Assembly: GCA_963667015.2 (NCBI GenBank)
Contig: CAXXJJ010000004.1
Span: forward strand, 2,944,001 to 3,008,000
Direction: 5' to 3'
DNA length: 64,000 nucleotides
Origin: Desulfatiglandales bacterium
Lineage (GTDB): Bacteria > Desulfobacterota > DSM-4660 > Desulfatiglandales > HGW-15
A program made the position numbers and the translations under genes. Position 1 is the stretch's first letter. The number at the start of each line of letters is the position of its first letter. Positions 10,009 to 19,431 of this stretch are shown piece after piece. The notes under the pieces are model-generated. The model saw only the letters and a list, made by a program, of their open reading frames with translations. It had not been told where the DNA came from and ran no database searches.

Positions 10009-10878
10009 CTACTGCCCTCCATTATCAACATAATAGAGGATATCCTTCAGGCGTACTATACCTGCAAGACGTCCGTTATCAATAACCGGAAGGTAGTGTA
10101 TATTTTTATTTATCATCAATTCGGCCGCGCTGCTTATGGAATCATCAGGAGAAAGATATAATCCTTTGAGAGGCCCCATCACATCTCCGACTTTCCTGTC
10201 AGAAAGCCATTGGGGGCTCTTTAAAAGATCTTTCCATTCAATATCCCTGTTGGCCTCATCACATGCGGCCCTGATAAGGTCACTTCTGCTTATCACCCCG
10301 CACAGCATACCTTCTGAGTCAGTGACATGCAGCAATTCCTTTGTTATTCCCGGTAATGCAGGGTTAAACATTTGAAGCGCCCTTTCAAGGCTGCTTTCCC
10401 TGTATAGGGGTATAAACCGGACGCTGGATACCTCCCAGATCTTTTTCCTTGGCCACAGGATGGGACGCCTTCTTATCTGTTCGGTACTTACCGCCTCACG
10501 GATTTTATCAGCAAGCAGCTCAATATCTTCAATCGGTTTAAAGAGATAATCATAGGCCCCTTCCCTTATTGCGCGGTTTCCCGTTTCAATGTCCGCATAT
10601 CCCGTCAACATGATTACCTCTGTCTGAGGCGTTATTTCTTTCAGCCTGACCAGTAATTCAATTCCATCCATGCCGGGCATTTTTATGTCGGAAATAATTA
10701 CATCAAATTTATGTTTTCCAGCTGCTACAAGGGCCTGTTCACCATTATAACCTGTTACGGTATTAAACCCTCTCGAACCGAGAAGACGCCCAAGATTATC
10801 TGCAAATTCTTTTTCATCATCCACAATAAGTATGTTGATGTAATTATTCACTTTGCTTCCTTCTGTGTTTTTGTTCAT
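10009..10878 (-). CDS. Response regulator with C-terminal CBS pair
   Basis: Receiver (LIVDDE, SDIKMPG, FKP) followed by CBS motifs (LCGVISRSDL, LPVIDNGRLAGIVRLKDI). Confidence 0.88.
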   Translation of the reverse strand: MNKNTEGSKVNNYINILIVDDEKEFADNLGRLLGSRGFNTVTGYNGEQALVAAGKHKFDVIISDIKMPGMDGIELLVRLKEITPQTEVIMLTGYADIETGNRAIREGAYDYLFKPIEDIELLADKIREAVSTEQIRRRPILWPRKKIWEVSSVRFIPLYRESSLERALQMFNPALPGITKELLHVTDSEGMLCGVISRSDLIRAACDEANRDIEWKDLLKSPQWLSDRKVGDVMGPLKGLYLSPDDSISSAAELMINKNIHYLPVIDNGRLAGIVRLKDILYYVDNGGQ

Positions 10879-11310
10879 TTAATTTTTAAACATATGAAAA
10901 GCAAAAGTCAGGATTATAATAAGCATGGCAACCCAGAGCGTGTGCCCCCATTTCCCCTTTTTTAGCATTTTAGGAGCACCGGTTATTTCTTCAGCCTTTC
11001 CTACTTTTGTGTTTTTAAAACTGAAACGTAATTTCATCACCGAATTATAAATCCAGTTCCAGGTCAGGCTTAGCAGAAACAGGACAAGCAGGACAGAAAG
11101 CAGATGATGTCCGGAAAAGCCAAATGATTTCAGGTTCTGAGCCATGGTGCAAGGATTTAGAGGACCTTCAACTGTTCCAAAAAAGCCAAGGTAGTAAAGT
11201 GCTATGGACAGTGAAAGAGCCACCATATTGTATCCGAATTTTTTCAACTGGTATCGGGCATTATCTGAGTAACCGGATTTATCGCTGTTTTTCATGGAGT
11301 CACCTCTCAT
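10879..11310 (-). CDS. Hypothetical membrane protein
   Basis: Three hydrophobic segments; in operon with tauE-like gene. Confidence 0.7.
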   Translation of the reverse strand: MRGDSMKNSDKSGYSDNARYQLKKFGYNMVALSLSIALYYLGFFGTVEGPLNPCTMAQNLKSFGFSGHHLLSVLLVLFLLSLTWNWIYNSVMKLRFSFKNTKVGKAEEITGAPKMLKKGKWGHTLWVAMLIIILTFAFHMFKN

Positions 11311-11320
11311 AGGTTAAATG

Positions 11321-11362
11321 GAGGCCATCTGTAAGTGTATTATTCACCTTACTGATGGCCTC
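11321..11362. other. Intergenic hairpin (mRNA stabiliser or partial terminator)
   Basis: GAGGCCATC-TGTAAG...CTTAC-TGATGGCCTC inverted repeat just after the permease stop. Confidence 0.5.
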
Positions 11363-11379
11363 GTTTTCCATATTATGGT

Positions 11380-12432
11380 TTACATCCCGAGCGCCTTCAT
11401 GACGTCAGGCGCCATCCTGTAGGAGATAAAGACAACCATTATAAGACAATAGATCGGAACCACCCAGTTCCAGAATCTCTGTGGGAATACCCTTGTTGCG
11501 TATGGTGCAAAAATTGCCGATCCCAGTGCTGCAAGCATCATGGAAGGCATCAGTATAAAATCAAGTTTTGTACCGGTTGAAAGCATTACAAACCATACAA
11601 TTGCGGCAACAGTGCTGACCGTTCCCTCTGAGATTGCTGTAACAGCCAGCTGGGCCTTTATAGGGATACCGGAGATAAGACCGCCGATGGTCACTACCGG
11701 GCCATATCCGCCGCCGCCTATGCCCTTATTGAAACCGGCAAGGAATGCAAAAATCCCCATCCGTTTTGGTCTGTACTGCCTTTTTCTATCCTGTGTCTTG
11801 GCCTGATAAACCGCTACAAGCCCCATGACAAGCATCAGGAATGTCACGTACAGTTTGATCCATACCTTGGCAACCTTGAAGACGGCATAAATGGATGTTA
11901 TGGAAAAAATAACCGCAACTATCCCGAGCACCGAGATAAGGAGCCACAATTTTATGGTTTCTGACATGGGACTAAATTTCCATTCGACGTTTTCAAATTC
12001 TCTGTGCAGAAAGGTACCTACCAGTCCGCATGTGGCCTGCTGAAGCATAATGGTTGGAACAACCTGCAACGGTGTAAAACCCATTACCATAAGCATTGGA
12101 CTCATTATTGTACCGAAACCCATACCTGCCGAGGCATCCATAAATTCAAAAAACAATCCAAGCACGACAACATACCAGATAAGGCTCCACTGGTTTGTAC
12201 CAATTAATCCATGGCTCTTATTGTATGCTGAATCAACTGCCCGGGCTGTTGAGTCAAAGGGATTCCCTGCAAGCCAGCAGGCAATACCGAATACAATAGC
12301 AAGGGCAATAAAACCTCCAAATGCACTTACAAGATGTCTTTTTTCAGGGATCGCGCGTTCAAGAATCGTTTTTTTCGTTGCCTCAACCTGCTGGGAAACT
12401 TCAAATCCCGTTACTTTACTCATTTCCGCCAT
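11380..12432 (-). CDS. TauE/SafE (TSUP) family permease
   Basis: Polytopic membrane protein with repeated DASAGMGFG and NKGIGGGGYGP motifs; GGAGG RBS. Confidence 0.82.
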   Translation of the reverse strand: MAEMSKVTGFEVSQQVEATKKTILERAIPEKRHLVSAFGGFIALAIVFGIACWLAGNPFDSTARAVDSAYNKSHGLIGTNQWSLIWYVVVLGLFFEFMDASAGMGFGTIMSPMLMVMGFTPLQVVPTIMLQQATCGLVGTFLHREFENVEWKFSPMSETIKLWLLISVLGIVAVIFSITSIYAVFKVAKVWIKLYVTFLMLVMGLVAVYQAKTQDRKRQYRPKRMGIFAFLAGFNKGIGGGGYGPVVTIGGLISGIPIKAQLAVTAISEGTVSTVAAIVWFVMLSTGTKLDFILMPSMMLAALGSAIFAPYATRVFPQRFWNWVVPIYCLIMVVFISYRMAPDVMKALGM

Positions 12433-12531
12433 TGATACCTCCTTTATATTAACCGTTGATATAAGCTCTGCCAGGACCTCCTTTTAATCCATGGGAGAGC
12501 CGTGTATGCAGTTATCCTGCTATTTCCTTAA

Positions 12532-12546
12532 TCAAAATATGTGCCA
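12532..12546 (-). promoter_or_regulatory. Sigma54-type promoter (variant -12 TTGA)
   Basis: TGGCAC-ATATT-TTGA upstream of the tauE-like gene. Confidence 0.55.
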
Positions 12547-12830
12547 TGGTTTTACATGAGGACTGAATTGTTGCTCTGGCGCCATAACTAATTGAAAATT
12601 AAATTAAAAAGTCATTGTGCAACTTTTAAGTAAAAAGATATGGTAATAATCGGAGGGAACACATGTACTCTCATTGGTGACCGGCGCAGAGTTTTGTGAA
12701 ACGATCTGTGGACATATTAAATTATGTGAAAATTATTTTTTCAGGCGCCCATCTGCCCCTGTCAATATAACCACTTAATTTGTCAGGAATTTTGTATTTA
12801 ATGCATTGAATGAAAAGCATCTGCCATTTT

Positions 12831-12845
12831 CGGCACTCTTTTTGC
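12831..12845 (+). promoter_or_regulatory. Sigma54 promoter
   Basis: CGGCAC-TCTTT-TTGC, 45 bp before the antiporter start. Confidence 0.7.
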
Positions 12846-12890
12846 TCCATGTAGATATTCAATAATTAATATATGAAAAGGAGATAATCT

Positions 12891-13925
12891 ATGTGGATAC
12901 AGGTACTCTTGTTGATTGTCGGATTTGTTATGCTTTACTACGGAGCAGAATGGCTTGTGAAAGGATCGGCAAACCTTGCAAGGAGTCTTGGGATTTCGCC
13001 AATAGTAATCGGCCTGACCGTAGTTGCATTCGGGACATCTGCACCTGAACTTGTTGTAAGCGTTATTTCATCACTGGCTGACAAGAGCATGATTGCCGTT
13101 GGGAATGTAGTAGGAAGCAACATCTGCAATATTGCACTGGTACTCGGGGCCTCTGCTTTTCTTGTCCCCCTTACGGCCGATAGGTCGGTAATTAAACGTG
13201 ATATCCCCCTGATGCTTATAATATCCCTCTATCTACTGCTCATTACGCTTAACTCAAGTATTTCAAGGCTGGAAGGGGCCACCCTGTTTACAGGAGTCAT
13301 AGCATACACAATATTCAATTATTATATCTCCGCACGGGAATCAAAACTTGCTGTGGCCGGAGTATCGGCCGGGGCAGGCGTAGCCGGTTTTGATGAGTAC
13401 GAACATGCAGCGGCCGTATATGAGGAATCGGAACAGGAGATTGAAGAAATTGGAATCGTGGAATCAAGGACCAAACAGATATTACTTATTGTAGCAGGAA
13501 TTGCATGTGTAGTTATAGGTGCACAGGTGCTGATCGATGCGGCAGTAATTATTATGAAAAGTTTCGGCGTAAGTGAAAAGTTCATAGGACTTACTATAGT
13601 TGCGCTCGGGACATCGCTTCCTGAACTTGCCACTTCGGTTGTCGCTGCACTGCGAAAAGAAATGGATATAAGTATTGGAAACCTGATAGGCAGCAACGTG
13701 TTTAATATCCTTTCCGTCATCGGTATGGCGGCACTTGTTCGCCCTATACCAATACCGGGAGGTTTTATTGAAAGCGGTCTTATTTATGATTACCTGGTCA
13801 TGATGTTTACCAGTTTCCTTCCCTGGTTCATAATGAGAAAGGATTATACCATAGGCCGTATGGGTGGATTTTCACTGCTTCTGTGTTATGCAGGATATAT
13901 GGCATACCTTATCTATATGCGATAA
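12891..13925 (+). CDS. Calcium/sodium antiporter (YrbG/CaCA family)
   Basis: Two alpha repeats GTSAPEL...GSNICN and GTSLPEL...GSNVFN. Confidence 0.92.
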   Translation: MWIQVLLLIVGFVMLYYGAEWLVKGSANLARSLGISPIVIGLTVVAFGTSAPELVVSVISSLADKSMIAVGNVVGSNICNIALVLGASAFLVPLTADRSVIKRDIPLMLIISLYLLLITLNSSISRLEGATLFTGVIAYTIFNYYISARESKLAVAGVSAGAGVAGFDEYEHAAAVYEESEQEIEEIGIVESRTKQILLIVAGIACVVIGAQVLIDAAVIIMKSFGVSEKFIGLTIVALGTSLPELATSVVAALRKEMDISIGNLIGSNVFNILSVIGMAALVRPIPIPGGFIESGLIYDYLVMMFTSFLPWFIMRKDYTIGRMGGFSLLLCYAGYMAYLIYMR

Positions 13926-14007
13926 ACATTCTGAATGGCTATATATCGAGAGGGAAATGGAACCGCCAAAAGTCAGGGCAGTCATGATTGATTATTCAGG
14001 GGGCTTT

Positions 14008-14160
14008 ATGACAATAATTACTGTAAAACCCTCTGATAAACTTACAGATGCCGTAAAAAGAATGCTGTTTTATAATGCCTCCAGCCTGACTGTTATAGAG
14101 GATAGCAAACCGGTGGGGACACTTCGACTGAAGGACGCGTTAAAAGAGCTCGGGTTATGA
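14008..14160 (+). CDS. Small single-CBS-motif protein (50 aa)
   Basis: MTIITVKPSDKLTDAVKRMLFYNASSLTVIEDSKPVGTLRLKDALKELGL follows the CBS pattern; AGGGGG RBS; 3' part of track ORF 13864..14160. Confidence 0.55.
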   Translation: MTIITVKPSDKLTDAVKRMLFYNASSLTVIEDSKPVGTLRLKDALKELGL

Positions 14161-15570
14161 TTCCCTGGTACTTTTCTCCTTGTAATCTTCGGCTTCAAGT
14201 CCAACCTGCTTCATCAGACGGTGCATATACTGACGCTGTATACCTGCCGTTTCCGCTGCCTGGCTGATATTCCCATTGCTGTCTCTCAGACGGGCCTGTA
14301 TATACTGCCTGAAAAACCTGATCATAAATGCATCCCTGGCCTCTCTGAAAGGCCTGTTAAGTATCTCCTCATCAGGTATCGACAGCTCATTTGCATGCTC
14401 TTCATTTTTCATCAGTATATCTACGGTATCCAGGTTTTCGGACCGGCAGAAGATAACACCCCTTTCTATTATATTCTCAAGTTCACGGATATTGCCTGAA
14501 AACTCTCTTGCGCACAGCCTTGTAACAGCCCTGCTGGTGATCCCATTTATATTCTTCTGATACAGCAGGGTGTATTTCTTTAAAAAGTGGTGTGCAAGTA
14601 ATGGAATGTCTTCACGCCGTTCATTAAGGGAGGGCATCTCAAGGCGCACAACATTGAGCCTGTAAAAAAGGTCTTCCCTGAATGTCCCTTTCTGAATATC
14701 TGACTCAAGATTATGGTTGGTTGCAGCAATAAATCGAATATCAGCCCTTTGCGTTTGAGTGCTGCCCACAGGCTTGTATTCTCCTTCCTGTATCAGTCTT
14801 AACAGTTTTGTCTGCATGGAAGGGTTAAGGTCGCCTATCTCATCCAGAAAGAGCGTTCCTCCGTCAGCCAAGGAAACAAGCCCCTTTTTATCTTTCCACG
14901 CCCCGGTAAAGGCTCCTTTTATATGACCGAACAACTCACTTTCAATTACATTTTCCGATATTGCAGTACAGTTAACCGTAACAAGCGATCTGGATCTTCG
15001 CAAGCTTAGCTGATGCAGTGCCCTGGCCACCAGTTCCTTTCCCGTACCGCTTTCTCCGGTAACAAGTACCGTTGCAGTGGTAGGGGCGACCTGGGAAATA
15101 TCATCGATCAGTTTATTGATCACACCTGACGAACCTATAATCGAGGATATCCCGTCCCTTTTACCGAGTTCCTGCCTGAGGGCTATATTTTCAGAGACCA
15201 TATTCCGCCATTTAATGACCTTTTCAACGGTAAGGACAATCCGTTCTCTCTGAAAAGGTTTGGTGATATAGTCAAAGGCGCCTTCCCTGATTGCCTCAAC
15301 TGCAGTATCTATTGTGGCATATGCAGTAATAATAATCACTGACACATCAGGAAGGGCTGCTTTCATCTTTTTCAGAAGCCCAAGCCCGCTCATCCCGGGC
15401 ATTTTCATGTCCAGGATGACCAGGTCAAAATGATCTTTTTCAAACAGGGCCAGTGCCTTTTCGGGGCTGCTTTCGGTAGTGACATTGTGCCCGATGTCTT
15501 CTTCAATTATGCGGGATAAAAGAACAAGCATATCCCTTTCATCGTCAACAATGAGTATATTGCCTTTCAT
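14155..15570 (-). CDS. Sigma54-dependent response regulator (NtrC family)
   Basis: Receiver, AAA+ domain (GESGTGKE, GAFTGA, FLDEIG, FREDLFYRLNV) and Fis-type HTH. Confidence 0.95.
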   Translation of the reverse strand: MKGNILIVDDERDMLVLLSRIIEEDIGHNVTTESSPEKALALFEKDHFDLVILDMKMPGMSGLGLLKKMKAALPDVSVIIITAYATIDTAVEAIREGAFDYITKPFQRERIVLTVEKVIKWRNMVSENIALRQELGKRDGISSIIGSSGVINKLIDDISQVAPTTATVLVTGESGTGKELVARALHQLSLRRSRSLVTVNCTAISENVIESELFGHIKGAFTGAWKDKKGLVSLADGGTLFLDEIGDLNPSMQTKLLRLIQEGEYKPVGSTQTQRADIRFIAATNHNLESDIQKGTFREDLFYRLNVVRLEMPSLNERREDIPLLAHHFLKKYTLLYQKNINGITSRAVTRLCAREFSGNIRELENIIERGVIFCRSENLDTVDILMKNEEHANELSIPDEEILNRPFREARDAFMIRFFRQYIQARLRDSNGNISQAAETAGIQRQYMHRLMKQVGLEAEDYKEKSTRES

Positions 15571-17697
15571 TTACTGTTCCTTTTCATAGACAGGCAGTTT
15601 AAGCCTGAATAAAGTTCCATGTTTCTTCTTTGAGGCCAGGGGTGAATCTGCTGATATGCTGTGGCATTCTATAGTTCCCCCATATTTTTTTACTATTCCG
15701 TACACAATTGCCAGCCCCAGGCCGGTTCCCTCCCCTTCAGGCTTGGTTGTGAAGAAGGGTTCAAAAATCCTGTCCATATCCTCCACTGAAATGCCTGTAC
15801 CCGTATCCCGGATTTCCAGTACCGCCCTGTTCTCTATCTCATCAAGCCTGGAGGATACTGTAAGTGTACCTCCGCCCTTCATTGCGTAGCCTGCATTATT
15901 TACAAGGTTTAAGAGGACCTGCTGAAGTTCCCCCGGGTCTCCCTTGATCATTGGTATGCTCGTATCAAGATCACGTATGAGCTCAATGTTTTCCATTTCA
16001 AATGTGTGGGCTACGATATCCAGGATATCCCGAATCTGGTTATTGATATCCGCCTTAACATCTCTGTTTTCACCAAACCTGGCAAAGCGCAGAAGGTTTT
16101 CTACGACCTGTTTGCAGTGCATTCCCTGCCTTTCAATTATCTTCAGATCATCGTAGATTCTTGTACCTTTTTCAGACTTTCGGATAAGGTCATCCGTAAA
16201 CCCCAGTATGACTCCAAGAGGGTTATTTACCTCGTGTGCCACACCGGCAGCAAGCGTACCTATTGAAGCAAGCTTCTCCGCATTAATCATCTGCAGTTCC
16301 ATATTTTTTTCACGAGTTACATCCCTTGCTATGCAGAGAACTGTCTCAACCCTGCCGGATTCCTCACGTATGGGCATAAAGTTTATATTGAGCCACAGCT
16401 TATTGTGTTCAGTCTCGATGCAGAATTCCTTCCTGATACTCTTTCCATGCCGGTAAACAAGATCAAGGATAACCATGTGTTCCCTGGATGCATTATCAGG
16501 AAAGATTTCCCGGATATCCTTTCCCTTGAAATCATCAGGAGAACCGCCGAAAAAGGCAGCAGTAAAGCTGTTCATTGATACAAGCATGCCTTCCCTGTTA
16601 AGGGTGTATATGAAATCCTCAGCGCTTTCTACGAGTGACCTGTATTTTGCTTCGGATCTTCGCAACCGGCTCGTGCGTTCTTCAATAATGTTCTCAAGTT
16701 CTCTATTCCAGCGTATCTCATTAAACAGTATCGCTGTTCCGGCCAGCACCATAATCAGTATGATTATGACCTGAAACAGGTATCGCCACAGGTATGTCCG
16801 GTTTATGTATTCATCAATTTCAGCAGAAGGGGCAACAACTGCAACAGACCATTTGACAACAGGATTTAAAGAAATGGAAACAGGAGCATAGGCTATAAGC
16901 TTTTCGATCCGGCCTGTAATTCCCCTGTGCCAGCCGCTCGTATACAGGCCGGTTCCCTCGAACCCTTCAAGCATGTTGTTTTTTTGGATAGAATTAATAT
17001 TTTTATGTGAAATATCCGGATTTCTTTCATCCCTTGCGGTAAATGCGCTTTTTCCAATAAACTCTGTAAAGGGATGATACAGGAACATGCCTTCCTGATT
17101 AATAATCCATGCATAGCCTGTTTTTCCTGAACGCGTTTCCCTGACAAACCTTGCAAGGAATGTGGGGATATCCAGTTCAACAGCCAGCAGGCAGCTTGCA
17201 GGAATGAGGCGAAAGAGGACCATTTTTTTACTGTCTATAATATGATCGGACAGGAGAATTATACTGTTTTCATCAATCCTGATACCAAAATCCTGAACAG
17301 GTAATTTACTGGCGGTAGTCCACTGGTGTGAATAATCATATGTTGAGCAGCTGCCGGACTTGAGGTCATAGATGCTGATCCTGAAAATACCGTTTTTCAC
17401 TATGCGCTGAAAAGTGTCTTCAAGGTATTTACGAACCCCCTTCTCCCCTGTCCCGGCTCTCATACCAGGGGCCAGTTCCATCTCCTTTCTGATAAGGGCA
17501 AGTTCCTGTTCAATATTCCATTTTATATTCCTTGCAATAACAAGCTGTTCTTCGTTGAACTGTGACTTTGATATTTCTCTCAGGTTTCTGCTCGACCAGA
17601 AATCAAGAAAGGCGCTCATGGTAAGAAAAATGAGTGTGCTGATTATTAGTGCAGAGACAATCTTTTTTGTCCTGCCTGAAGATAATGAGACTGACAT
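15571..17697 (-). CDS. Cache/PAS sensor histidine kinase
   Basis: Two TMs, Cache-like region (GYAWII..G.FLYHP), PAS (YRSLVESAED...ARDVT), AHEVNNP, G-boxes. Confidence 0.92.
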   Translation of the reverse strand: MSVSLSSGRTKKIVSALIISTLIFLTMSAFLDFWSSRNLREISKSQFNEEQLVIARNIKWNIEQELALIRKEMELAPGMRAGTGEKGVRKYLEDTFQRIVKNGIFRISIYDLKSGSCSTYDYSHQWTTASKLPVQDFGIRIDENSIILLSDHIIDSKKMVLFRLIPASCLLAVELDIPTFLARFVRETRSGKTGYAWIINQEGMFLYHPFTEFIGKSAFTARDERNPDISHKNINSIQKNNMLEGFEGTGLYTSGWHRGITGRIEKLIAYAPVSISLNPVVKWSVAVVAPSAEIDEYINRTYLWRYLFQVIIILIMVLAGTAILFNEIRWNRELENIIEERTSRLRRSEAKYRSLVESAEDFIYTLNREGMLVSMNSFTAAFFGGSPDDFKGKDIREIFPDNASREHMVILDLVYRHGKSIRKEFCIETEHNKLWLNINFMPIREESGRVETVLCIARDVTREKNMELQMINAEKLASIGTLAAGVAHEVNNPLGVILGFTDDLIRKSEKGTRIYDDLKIIERQGMHCKQVVENLLRFARFGENRDVKADINNQIRDILDIVAHTFEMENIELIRDLDTSIPMIKGDPGELQQVLLNLVNNAGYAMKGGGTLTVSSRLDEIENRAVLEIRDTGTGISVEDMDRIFEPFFTTKPEGEGTGLGLAIVYGIVKKYGGTIECHSISADSPLASKKKHGTLFRLKLPVYEKEQ

Positions 17698-17776
17698 TTT
17701 CTGTTATATCTCAGAAAGACAGCCCGGGCGTCTAAAAATACTGTTTTTAATTTTCATAAAACCCGGGAAGCTGCAG

Positions 17777-18682
17777 TTAATCTTTCTGAATTCTCTCCAT
17801 CTCAAAAAACAGATCCTGCTCCCTTATCATCCCTGTCACCTTTCCCTTATCTCTTACAACAAGGCGTCTTACCCTGTTGTAAACCATCATATAGGCCGCT
17901 TCCATTAGATTTGAGCTGCTGTCAATGGACAAAGGAGGTGGCGACATTATATCTTCAACATTGTTATCAAGAATATTTTTAAACTCCTTGGTAAACATTC
18001 CGCTCCAGAACATGGGTGAATACTGAATGCTGTCCGCCATGGTCGGTTTAGGGGCACTGAGGTATTTCGGCATTATGGCGTTCAGAAGATCTTTTATGGT
18101 AAGGACCCCCTTTACTTCTCCCTTACTGTCAAAAATCAGGACAGACCTGTGCCCGGTCTCCATTATGCTCGAAGTCGGCACCTTGAGTGAAAAGGAGGTC
18201 CTTAATTTTAACATCGCTTCCCTTACTGTCTGTTCGACATTCAGCGTTGTGTAATCTTCTATAGGAATCATGACATCCTTTACTGTCTTTTCCTCATCTG
18301 CCCCGTCCCTTTTATGCCCTTCCTTATAGGCCTCATTTATCTTTGCAGTAAGGATATCGATATCGCATGGTTTGGAAAGATAATCAAAGGCTCCCTCTTC
18401 AAGTGCCGCCTGTGCGGATTCCATGTCGCCATGCCCGGTAAGCATTATAACCGGAAGCTCAGGTGAATTATTCTTGATATGTTTAAGAGCCTCATGGCCA
18501 TCCATTCCCGGCATTTTAATGTCAAGCACTACGACATCGATCTCCTGGCCCAGCTTTTCAATCGCTTTTTCGGCATTTTCTGCAATTAATGTATTGAATC
18601 CCCGACGGTCAAGCAGCTTCTTGGTGGTTGAACGGAACTTCTCTTCATCATCAACCATAAGCACATTAATTAAATTTCCCAT
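17777..18682 (-). CDS. Response regulator with C-terminal CBS pair
   Basis: Receiver followed by VKDVMIP...GVLTIKDLL...RRLVV..GMIREQDLF. Confidence 0.88.
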   Translation of the reverse strand: MGNLINVLMVDDEEKFRSTTKKLLDRRGFNTLIAENAEKAIEKLGQEIDVVVLDIKMPGMDGHEALKHIKNNSPELPVIMLTGHGDMESAQAALEEGAFDYLSKPCDIDILTAKINEAYKEGHKRDGADEEKTVKDVMIPIEDYTTLNVEQTVREAMLKLRTSFSLKVPTSSIMETGHRSVLIFDSKGEVKGVLTIKDLLNAIMPKYLSAPKPTMADSIQYSPMFWSGMFTKEFKNILDNNVEDIMSPPPLSIDSSSNLMEAAYMMVYNRVRRLVVRDKGKVTGMIREQDLFFEMERIQKD

Positions 18683-18731
18683 ATTCTGCTCCTCTATCCT
18701 TTATCAGTATTTAACCTGAATCAGCATTTGA

Positions 18732-19247
18732 TCAGATAATAATGTTTATTAAAAACTGGAAAACACTTATAATGAATCCCACGGTAATCATCGAAATAAA
18801 GATTGCCTGCGGATATCTCATCCCGCAGCCCTTTACATATCCGACAGTTATCAGGATCCACTTCCATGGTTCTGTAATCCATATAATCATTGGTATCCAT
18901 GCAGCTAGGAGTACAGTGCCGGCAGCAAATGCATGGATGGAATATACCCGTATAAAACCTGCATTACCCGTTGTAAGTAAACGTATAATAAAAAATGAAA
19001 CAACCGCATTAACAAGAGGCATCACAAAGGCATTGAGGGCAAGTATTCCGGCAGAAAGAATCAGATTCCCCTTAAGCACCGTAAGGCTTGCCGAACTGTA
19101 GAACACCGTTGATATCAAAAGAAAGATGACCGGTGTTTTAACATCCTGATCGGACAGAGAGGCGCTAAGGTAATTACCGGGCCGGCCCAGCATACCGGTA
19201 ATGATCCGGGCATATGAAAAAGCCTGTTTTTGAACTGCCTCATTCAT
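18732..19247 (-). CDS. YIP1-like membrane protein
   Basis: Five hydrophobic segments with a Yip1-like N-terminal (L..P..Y) pattern. Confidence 0.6.
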   Translation of the reverse strand: MNEAVQKQAFSYARIITGMLGRPGNYLSASLSDQDVKTPVIFLLISTVFYSSASLTVLKGNLILSAGILALNAFVMPLVNAVVSFFIIRLLTTGNAGFIRVYSIHAFAAGTVLLAAWIPMIIWITEPWKWILITVGYVKGCGMRYPQAIFISMITVGFIISVFQFLINIII

Positions 19248-19269
19248 TTGTCCTTTCCCTTCCTCCCGA

Positions 19270-19410
19270 TCAACCCTGGATTATACCTGTCTTATACAGA
19301 ATACCCAGTATGAGCATAATAACGGTCATGGCAAAGAAGAACTTTCTTTCGGTTTGAGCACTAAACCGGGTTACCCATTTTTCTGTTTTTATTTTTCTGA
19401 TAAATTCCAT
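19270..19410 (-). CDS. Small single-pass membrane peptide (46 aa)
   Basis: Not in the track. MEFIRKIKTEKWVTRFSAQTERKFFFAMTVIMLILGILYKTGIIQG fills the gap between the DASS and YIP1 genes on the same strand. Confidence 0.6.
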   Translation of the reverse strand: MEFIRKIKTEKWVTRFSAQTERKFFFAMTVIMLILGILYKTGIIQG

Positions 19411-19431
19411 CTTTTTTCTCAAAGTTATTTT

